Assembly (NCBI GenBank): GCA_002499195.1
Contig: DAKS01000051.1
Coordinates: 1-62,010, forward strand
DNA: 62,010 nt
DNA from: Euryarchaeota archaeon UBA443
GTDB taxonomy: Archaea; Thermoplasmatota; Poseidoniia; Poseidoniales; Poseidoniaceae
Direction of reading: 5' to 3'
Part shown: piece after piece, positions 40,803 to 48,226 of the stretch
Position numbering within the stretch: the first letter of the stretch is position 1
Layout of the letters: the number at the start of each line of letters is the position of its first letter
Notes under the pieces: model-generated
Told to the model about the DNA's origin: nothing
Database searches by the model: none
What the model saw: the letters and a program-made list of their open reading frames with translations, nothing else
Made by a program: the position numbers and the translations under genes

Positions 40803-41417
40803 CTATTCGGATTCAAATGCGTCAACGACTTCTAGAAGTTCGAGATCTTCACCTGCAAGATTGTCAGCCGAATCCTGGCGCGGTTCGACATATGTCTTCA
40901 AATCATCAAATGGGTTTACACCTTCATCGAGCATACACAAAAGACGCCATCGAGGCGCCCAAGATAGATGGACATAAGCAGGACCTGGAAGTAATAAAAC
41001 GAACAAAGAAACGCCACTTGGAATATCGAGGATATTGGAAAAATCCAATCCGAGTAAACCGATACCAATGAATGGCATTGGATACAAGATAATACGAGGC
41101 GGTGCCATTGGCAACCGTTTCGTAAGGGATACAAGAATCAAGGAACTGAAGCCAAGAACCAAACAGGCTGCCATGAACAGTGCTGAAAACAATAACCAAT
41201 TGGAAAACGATTCGTTCAGATTATCGTAGCGCAGTATGTATGGGAAAATAAGAGCTAAACTGATGAGTAAACCATAGAACATTCCAATGTTCGCAGGATG
41301 GCTTAGCCACAAAGGAAGTCTTGAGAATCGACGCGAGAGTGATGTTCCAAAGAGAAGTTCTTGGTGTTCGGAGTCCAGTTCAGAGACAATTTCTGACCAT
41401 TGAACTGGAGTTTCCAT
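40803..41417 (-). CDS. Hypothetical membrane protein (4 TM)
   Basis: Hydrophobic segments; co-oriented with neighbours. Confidence 0.72.
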   Translation of the reverse strand: METPVQWSEIVSELDSEHQELLFGTSLSRRFSRLPLWLSHPANIGMFYGLLISLALIFPYILRYDNLNESFSNWLLFSALFMAACLVLGFSSLILVSLTKRLPMAPPRIILYPMPFIGIGLLGLDFSNILDIPSGVSLFVLLLPGPAYVHLSWAPRWRLLCMLDEGVNPFDDLKTYVEPRQDSADNLAGEDLELLEVVDAFESE

Positions 41418-41475
41418 AAGCAAGTGCTGACAAGTTTAGGTTTTCAATGCACCCGTCAATGCTTCAATCAAATCG

Positions 41476-42117
41476 TTATTCTTGGCCCTTTAGTTTCTTA
41501 GCGATTGGTCCTGCTGCATCTTCCAATTCCATCTCTTCTGGCCAATCCCTATCGAGTAAACCATAGTCCATTGACTCTCTTTTTCTCGCATCCTCTATGT
41601 CATCCTCGACATCGTTATGAGCATCTCTGAGGGCAAGGGATTGATTCAGTAAAGCCATAGTTCTGCGAAGATTTGCATCTATGCTTTTATTCTCGGTAAA
41701 GTAACCGAGAATAGTATAATCATCATCCAAGGCTACCAAGTTGTATCCAGAAAGTAAATCATCTGAGATTAATCGATAGCGCTCGTTACCTGCTTTGACC
41801 CAGCGCCCATCATGAAGTCGAATCATTACTTCAGCTTCTTTATCGAAATCCAATTCCATCATCGGATGGGATGAATTTACTGCGAAAGGGATTTGTTGCC
41901 AGCGTTTCCATTGTCGCCAACCAATACTCATGATGAGGACAAATATACAAGCGAAAAATACACTCATGATAGCATTTTGAAAAACGACCATTCCCAGCAC
42001 AGGTGTTGCTAAAAATGCCCCAAATCGGATGAATAAACGACGTGATTGTTCCTGGGCTTTGGGCGTCTGAGAAAAGACGACAAAATGCTTTGGAAGATCC
42101 TCTTCGAACCGATTCAT
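41476..42117 (-). CDS. Hypothetical membrane protein (2 TM plus cytoplasmic domain)
   Basis: ORF, TM hairpin, ATGA overlap with upstream gene. Confidence 0.72.
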   Translation of the reverse strand: MNRFEEDLPKHFVVFSQTPKAQEQSRRLFIRFGAFLATPVLGMVVFQNAIMSVFFACIFVLIMSIGWRQWKRWQQIPFAVNSSHPMMELDFDKEAEVMIRLHDGRWVKAGNERYRLISDDLLSGYNLVALDDDYTILGYFTENKSIDANLRRTMALLNQSLALRDAHNDVEDDIEDARKRESMDYGLLDRDWPEEMELEDAAGPIAKKLKGQE

Positions 42118-42506
42118 TTGCTCGCCTCGTTTGCTACTGGTAGGCTCATGTTTTCATAGGTTTGTTGCCATATACCAACGTCTTCGACGTAGATGCTAAT
42201 ATTTTCTACATGCTGTTCAATATCGAATCCCCAAGCCGTCTTCCAAGACGATAATTTAGGAATCAATTTCTCCCATTGATTTGTAACACCTCGAGACTTT
42301 TGACGTTGGTGATTGTAGAGCAATGCTGCGGTTTGTATGAGCCCTTGTACCAATAAGACTTCACTCTTATCCGCATTTCGACGCTTGAGTGAATTCCACA
42401 AATCCTCCCATGCCTCATGAGCATGCCAATATCGACCAGTATCGAAATCAATCCGTCCTTGCTCGAGCAACACCGCTTCATCCGATGAAAGGGGTGATGC
42501 CTCCAT
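42114..42506 (-). CDS. DUF309 family protein
   Basis: FDTGRYWHAHEAWEDLW...QGLIQTAA. Confidence 0.85.
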   Translation of the reverse strand: MEASPLSSDEAVLLEQGRIDFDTGRYWHAHEAWEDLWNSLKRRNADKSEVLLVQGLIQTAALLYNHQRQKSRGVTNQWEKLIPKLSSWKTAWGFDIEQHVENISIYVEDVGIWQQTYENMSLPVANEASK

Positions 42507-42609
42507 AGTTGGCCGAGAGCATTGACCATTGAAATGCTTCTCATTTGGCATCAAGCGGCACACAGTTCAAAAGATAAAAGCAAATCTTGGATTCTGCGGG
42601 GTGAGGTTT

Positions 42610-44214
42610 ATGTCGGATTTTGTTCCAGGAGATGTGCTCGAAACAAGACGCGGCGGTGTTGATGTTCTCCGCCATCTTGCACGGGAATTAGCAACATTGG
42701 AGAGAAATGGATCTATCCAAATTCTGCGAAACATTCCGGATGTGGGTCAGCGAACCGGCCACCTCCTAATTTTCGACGGTTCACTTGCCGCTGCATTCCA
42801 TAGTGCGGATACTGACAGATATGGAATTGAGGCACTCCTTGAAATTGAATCCGATGCCTCAGCACTAGATGCTACAATGAGCCTTCATGAAATGTCTGAA
42901 TCATCATACATTTCGACTCTTTCAGAACATCCAGATGCGAATCTCATAGCCTCTGATGAAGAAACCCGAGATGAAGCATGGTGGACAACCGTTCGCTCAC
43001 CTCGACGAAGGAGCGAAAGAGATGAACGACTACCTGAACTGAAACCAAGTGTTGGAGTTCCCGAAGCACTACGACGGAGAAGCGAAGCAAGGTTGAGGAA
43101 TCAAGGCGGGCCAGTTCTTCAACGAGGGCAAGCTTGGCTTGAACACTCAATTGAGCCTGATGAAGTATTCGAGTTAGCAGGCGCTCTAGGGGAAATGGGA
43201 CAACCATTCCTAGTGATATCGCGATTATCCCCGCCTCGAATTGAATCCAGTTACGACATTGATTTGCAACATTATCGATGGTTGTCTGAGACTCAGAACG
43301 AATATACATTGGAGCCTTCGCTCGAATCCATTCGCCGTAGTGTGGATCAATTTTTTGCTGAACATCGTCAAAGTGTCCTCATCCTCGAAGGTATTGAATA
43401 CCTTTCAGGAATTCATGGAGAACAACGAGTTATCGAAATGATAAGAAGCATTGTCGACCAAACTCGGATGAATGGAAACATCTTGATCGTTTCATCAAAC
43501 CTCGAAGCCTTTACTTCACAACATAGATCACGATTGGAACGTGAGTTTAGTATACTGGAAAGCCACCAACTCCAAACATGGTTGCTCGATGTTGAATTGC
43601 TTCAAGAACATCCATACTTTTCAAACATAGATGAAGAACTAGAAGCAACCATCTCTGAGCATTTGGAAGCCAATGTGCATGATCCTGTGCTTCCACCAAA
43701 GCCTGAACTGCATACTCCTGTCGAACAAGTACCACTGCCTGTCGAACATCAAACGATGAAAATCGATGAAGAACTGCAATCAAAAATGCGCTCATGGGCA
43801 AGTAATGATGCAGAAGATTCAGACGAGGAGGTTGAAATTGAAACAGAAACTCTTCCCACAACTGATGAAGTAAAGGTTGAGGTTAAGCCTCGAACTGCTC
43901 AGAGAATCGTTCGAAAGCGCAAGCAGGTGATTCGAACGAGCAAACAGAATTCAATTGATGCGGCAGCAAAGCGTAATGTTGTAATCCCGCCCTTATCCGA
44001 GAAGGATTCAACCCGCGCAAAACCGTTCGTTCCTAATTCAGCAGAGATAGCACATACCCTACCTGAACCGAAACTCCCTCGCAAACGAATTGTTATTCCA
44101 CTACCTATAACAGAACAAAGCAAAGAGGAGAGTCAACCTTCACCCCATGCCCGTGAGCATGCTGTTTCCCGACAGCGTGCATCCGATGAACCTGATTCGG
44201 AGGATAGTGCATGA
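42610..44214 (+). CDS. Multidomain protein: PATAN/DUF2226-like N-terminus, DUF835 (KaiC/RecA-like degenerate P-loop) domain, long disordered tail
   Basis: LVISRLSP...WLS...LEPSLE...VLILEGIEYL...R.IVD...LERE typical of DUF835; N-terminal GHLLIFDGSLAAAF...YGIEAL; GTGAGG SD. Confidence 0.7.
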   Translation: MSDFVPGDVLETRRGGVDVLRHLARELATLERNGSIQILRNIPDVGQRTGHLLIFDGSLAAAFHSADTDRYGIEALLEIESDASALDATMSLHEMSESSYISTLSEHPDANLIASDEETRDEAWWTTVRSPRRRSERDERLPELKPSVGVPEALRRRSEARLRNQGGPVLQRGQAWLEHSIEPDEVFELAGALGEMGQPFLVISRLSPPRIESSYDIDLQHYRWLSETQNEYTLEPSLESIRRSVDQFFAEHRQSVLILEGIEYLSGIHGEQRVIEMIRSIVDQTRMNGNILIVSSNLEAFTSQHRSRLEREFSILESHQLQTWLLDVELLQEHPYFSNIDEELEATISEHLEANVHDPVLPPKPELHTPVEQVPLPVEHQTMKIDEELQSKMRSWASNDAEDSDEEVEIETETLPTTDEVKVEVKPRTAQRIVRKRKQVIRTSKQNSIDAAAKRNVVIPPLSEKDSTRAKPFVPNSAEIAHTLPEPKLPRKRIVIPLPITEQSKEESQPSPHAREHAVSRQRASDEPDSEDSA

Positions 44215-46037
44215 GCATTGAGCGAACCAATCGATTGCGAATTGCCTTGCAGAAGGCGAAGGCAGGGCTTTCGATTGAAGGAGAGAACAAATCGGACAAT
44301 CCCTCCAAACTTGGACGCATCTTAAACAAACAAAGTACGGTTTCAACAAAGCGAGGTTTCATTCAATCTCAACCGATTCATGAACGCCCCTTGATGAAAG
44401 CGATTAGCGAAGAAGTGCTTGGAGAAGATACAGAATATCAACCGATGATAGAACTTGAACGCTCTCATCCAATCTCTCGATTGAAAGAACTGCGTGAGCG
44501 GAATTTAGATCAAACAATTCCAGAAGGAAGTCTTGGTGATAAGGTTGGATTCTCCCCCTTAGGACAACCTCTATGGTCAACTATACTCGATGAACAACGA
44601 AATATGCCCTTGAATCTCCCTCCGCCGGAGTTAACACCTCCAATACATGGTGATCTATCGCATCACAGCACGATTCTCTCCAGTCAAACTAACTGGCCAA
44701 AACGTTTGGAAATAAGTCAACGTAAAACCTTCAAACATTGGAAAGTGAATGCAGAAAATAATCAAGCAACTATGGTCTGCGAATCGATTATCGACAACCT
44801 TGGCGAACGGCATAACCCACACATCATTGTAGGGGATCGAGAGGTTGGAAAGAGTCACCTCTTACAAGCAACTGGTCAGAGCGCTTTGCGATATTTTGAT
44901 GGTGATGTTCGTATTTTACGTGCAACAGAACTCCTCGGTCTCGATTCAATTCCAAATGATTGGCATGAGGCTATTGCATCTACTTCACTCCTTCTCATCG
45001 ATGATATTCACCTCATCGCCGAACATGAACAGCATGCTCAAAGTATCGGCCACCTGATTGATCATGCATTGAATTTAGGCGCACACGTCCTCTCGACATC
45101 CACATCGCACCCACGTGAATGGAAATCCTCTCGACTGTGGGAATTGTTGCATCATGCTTCAGTTTCAACCATCCATCGTATTTCAGAGGCGAGTTTGGCA
45201 ATGCACATCAAACAGCAAGCATCCTTGCTTGGAATGCTTTTCGAGGATGCTCACACCATGGAGATTTTGAATCATAGCGGCCAATCATGGAGAGGTGTTG
45301 AAGCAGCTCTTTCAACACTTAAGGACGCTCATGGACGCGGTCAAGAAATCTTGAATCCTGAAGACGTTGCTGCCGTACTTAACGGCCAATCTATTGAAGC
45401 ATCGGCAATGAAAGAAGTAAACGCCAATTCATCCATCTCTCTAGCATCGGATATCCTTAAGCGAGCAACCGACGTTGTGTATTCAGAAGTGGATGTAGGA
45501 GGTATCGAACTCCATACCTCTGCACTCGAAGAGGAAGTGGATGATTGGGAACCAACAATGGTCACAGCAGAGGACCTGAATACTGCCAATGATCTCCTCG
45601 AAATGCATTTGAAAACGACCCTTGAGGAATTGACACCTGAAGCGCCAACAGTTCTCGATGTACATTCACAGGATCATCACCTAACACATCAGTTAGGTAC
45701 GATTGAAGGTTCTGACGTTGAACGAACCGCAGATATGTTGGCCGGAATTGATGCATCCATCGATGAAGCACTTGCGCAACGAGAACGAATCATTGTTCGC
45801 GACGATTTGAGATTACGCCATCTTGAACTCATGATGGAAGACCTTCTTGAGCGAACTGCACATGCTGATGCGAATGAACTCAACGATATTGTCGATGAAC
45901 TACGGATTATCGAACACGAACTAGGATTGGTGAGTGAAGATGCGATGGAAGCCTTCGAGTTAGAGGATGAAGAAATCAAAGTTGCCCACCTCTCAACCAT
46001 TAAGCCAACAACTCGACTTTTGGGTGAAGAAGAATGA
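44211..46037 (+). CDS. DnaA/Hda-type AAA+ ATPase domain protein lacking the DnaA DNA-binding domain IV
   Basis: TFKHWKVNAENNQA...HNPHIIVGDREVGKSHLLQA (Walker A), LLLIDDIH (Walker B), SWRGVEAAL (sensor II); acidic C-terminus. Confidence 0.78.
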   Translation: MSIERTNRLRIALQKAKAGLSIEGENKSDNPSKLGRILNKQSTVSTKRGFIQSQPIHERPLMKAISEEVLGEDTEYQPMIELERSHPISRLKELRERNLDQTIPEGSLGDKVGFSPLGQPLWSTILDEQRNMPLNLPPPELTPPIHGDLSHHSTILSSQTNWPKRLEISQRKTFKHWKVNAENNQATMVCESIIDNLGERHNPHIIVGDREVGKSHLLQATGQSALRYFDGDVRILRATELLGLDSIPNDWHEAIASTSLLLIDDIHLIAEHEQHAQSIGHLIDHALNLGAHVLSTSTSHPREWKSSRLWELLHHASVSTIHRISEASLAMHIKQQASLLGMLFEDAHTMEILNHSGQSWRGVEAALSTLKDAHGRGQEILNPEDVAAVLNGQSIEASAMKEVNANSSISLASDILKRATDVVYSEVDVGGIELHTSALEEEVDDWEPTMVTAEDLNTANDLLEMHLKTTLEELTPEAPTVLDVHSQDHHLTHQLGTIEGSDVERTADMLAGIDASIDEALAQRERIIVRDDLRLRHLELMMEDLLERTAHADANELNDIVDELRIIEHELGLVSEDAMEAFELEDEEIKVAHLSTIKPTTRLLGEEE

Positions 46038-46492
46038 GGGGCGCTTGGTGGGCCGACGGTGTTCGGTTCACTTGTCAACCGGACTGTGGGCGCTGTTGCG
46101 ACGAGCCTGGGGGAATCGTTTACCTCTCACGGAACGATGCTAAGAGACTCGCAGAACATGCGAATCTCAGTGTACGAGATTATCTCAAAAAAGATTGTAC
46201 TACGACATTGGATGGTCGTTATATCCTTCGATCAAATCAATCCGATGGCATCTGTATCTATTTGGACGAAAAGAAGCAATGCACCATCTATGAAGTGCGT
46301 CCTCAGCAATGCAAAGCATTCCCATGGTGGGGTGAAAATTTGCGAAGCAAACGATCTTGGAACAAGGTGAAGGAAAGTTGCCCTGGATTAACCGCAGAAG
46401 ATGCGATTATAATCAAGGGTGAAGAAATCCGACTTCATGTCAATGCTGACCGACAATCAACTCAAGGTTTCCGAGTTTGGGAAGATGCTTGA
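46034..46492 (+). CDS. YkgJ-family cysteine-cluster (CxxxCxxCC) protein
   Basis: FTCQPDCGRCC...CIYL...CTIYEVRPQQCKAFPWW...CPG. Confidence 0.88.
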   Translation: MRGAWWADGVRFTCQPDCGRCCDEPGGIVYLSRNDAKRLAEHANLSVRDYLKKDCTTTLDGRYILRSNQSDGICIYLDEKKQCTIYEVRPQQCKAFPWWGENLRSKRSWNKVKESCPGLTAEDAIIIKGEEIRLHVNADRQSTQGFRVWEDA

Positions 46493-46547
46493 TTTGGTGT
46501 AGTTTTCGACACCAGAAGTAATCCTTTCTATCCTTTCATTTATACGA

Positions 46548-47744
46548 ATGACCGAGTTGGCTTACACCGGTGAGACCATGGGTGAGGAAGGGAACCACTT
46601 ACTTGACTTGACAGAATCCCACCTAGACATTGGAATGCGAGGCGTTCCTGTTGGAACCTGTCGAACATCCTTCGTCACCCCTGGAGAAGGCGTTCACTAC
46701 TGTGGATACCCTATCAAGGAACTTGCAGCAATGCAACCAGAAGATGTTGTATATCTCTTGCATAACAAGGAACTTCCAACTCCTGAACAATCTGTGGCAT
46801 TCCGAAAAGATCTCGAACGCCGTGCAGTGATGCCTGGTGATCTTGGGCCAGTTTTTTCAGCCCTGCCTCGGGATGGTCATCCCATGGATTGGCTTGCAAT
46901 TGGTATCCAAACACTTGGAATGTGGGATTGTAAGAACGATTGGAAGGAAGACGCACTCAACCTTGTTGCTCGGATGCCTCGTATGATGGGACTTTTATTC
47001 CGCTACCGTGAGAACCGAGTTGAAGGAATCCCTGACGATGACACAAGTTTGTCGATGGTTGAACGATTCACCAACACACTCGATCTCGATGTTGACCAAG
47101 AAAAATTGAATCGTGTCCTTGCTGTATACCTAGTATTGCATATGGACCATGGTGGAGGCAACCTCTCGACATTTGTTGGTAAAGCTGTTGCTAGTGGCCA
47201 TGCTACGTTGTATTCAGCCATGGCCGGTTCGATGAATGCCTTGAGTGGTCCGCTTCACGGGCGTGCCAACCAATCCTGCTTGGAATTCGTTCTACGTGTC
47301 GGTACATCAGATCCTGTTAAAGTCGAAAAATTCGTTCGTGAAGAGCTTGAAGCAGGCCGCCCTGTGTTCGGATTCGGACACGCAGTATTACGCACAGAGG
47401 ACCCACGTGCAGCAGCACAATTCGCACTTGGTGAGCAGTTGTGTCCCGATGATGAGAATTTCAAAATTATTCGAACTCTCCGAGAGGTTGCACCACGTGT
47501 TTTGGCAGAAAACCCAAAAATCTCCAACCCTAATGCAAACGTCGATATCGCCTCGGGAGCACTCCTCCATCATGTTGGCCTCAAGAATCCAAGTTACTAC
47601 ACCACCTTCTTTGGATGGGCACGTGTTGCTGGTATTGGTGCACAAATCTATGACGAGCGAGTCGTCATGCGAAATGGAAAAGGTGTCCCGATTTATCGAC
47701 CAAAATACATTGCTCGGGAACAAGTACTACGTCATGTTGAATGA
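46548..47744 (+). CDS. gltA: Citrate synthase
   Basis: HMDHGGGN, GPLHGRAN, GFGHAVLRTEDPR, NVD, IYRPK. Confidence 0.92.
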   Translation: MTELAYTGETMGEEGNHLLDLTESHLDIGMRGVPVGTCRTSFVTPGEGVHYCGYPIKELAAMQPEDVVYLLHNKELPTPEQSVAFRKDLERRAVMPGDLGPVFSALPRDGHPMDWLAIGIQTLGMWDCKNDWKEDALNLVARMPRMMGLLFRYRENRVEGIPDDDTSLSMVERFTNTLDLDVDQEKLNRVLAVYLVLHMDHGGGNLSTFVGKAVASGHATLYSAMAGSMNALSGPLHGRANQSCLEFVLRVGTSDPVKVEKFVREELEAGRPVFGFGHAVLRTEDPRAAAQFALGEQLCPDDENFKIIRTLREVAPRVLAENPKISNPNANVDIASGALLHHVGLKNPSYYTTFFGWARVAGIGAQIYDERVVMRNGKGVPIYRPKYIAREQVLRHVE

Positions 47745-48122
47745 TTAAGAGTTAAGATCGATCTCAACATATCCTTCATGTTCCCTCACATCGTAGGTTT
47801 TCAATGGAGTTGGTTTTCTCAACTTCCCAAGTAATTTACCGTAGGCTGGGAAGTAATGAGCAGGTGACCATTCGTTAACTGAGCCATCTTCTGGGTGATA
47901 TGATGTATGATGAAGAGGACATCGTAGACAACCATCTTTGATTTTACCACCCCAATGCATCGGCCAAGCCATATGACGACAAAGGGCATTACTTCCGAAA
48001 AGCCCCTCTTCTGTTCGCATTACAAGAACCATCTTTGCTCCAATTGCCTTTCCCTTGACTTTATTCATTTTCAACTTGGATGTCTTGCATACTCGTTTCC
48101 ATCGAGGCGAAGTGTCGCTCAT
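47745..48122 (-). CDS. Rieske [2Fe-2S] ferredoxin-like protein
   Basis: CRH...CPLHH Rieske boxes. Confidence 0.85.
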   Translation of the reverse strand: MSDTSPRWKRVCKTSKLKMNKVKGKAIGAKMVLVMRTEEGLFGSNALCRHMAWPMHWGGKIKDGCLRCPLHHTSYHPEDGSVNEWSPAHYFPAYGKLLGKLRKPTPLKTYDVREHEGYVEIDLNS

Positions 48123-48155
48123 GATTTCAATTTCATGCCACGACTTATCAAATGA

Positions 48156-48203
48156 TGTTCAAAATCATATGCGAATTGTTTCAAATTTTGAACACCATTT
48201 ATA
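48156..48203 (+). promoter_or_regulatory. Inverted repeat/palindrome next to a TATA box in the Rieske/MMPL divergent promoter
   Basis: TGTTCAAAAT (48156-65) / ATTTTGAACA (48185-94); TTTATA at 48198-48203, about 24 nt before the ATG at 48227. Confidence 0.5.
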
Positions 48204-48226
48204 CCTGTGATTGAGGGCTGGAAGTT

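Noticed and set aside
42507-42609. oriC or DnaA boxes upstream of the DnaA-like operon
   Set aside because: No TTATCCACA-like boxes or ORB elements seen, the intergenic region is short, and the protein lacks domain IV
42610-46492. Anti-phage defence system interpretation of the ATPase operon
   Set aside because: No nuclease, TIR, SIR2 or other effector motif recognised, and the context is housekeeping rather than a defence island; not fully excluded
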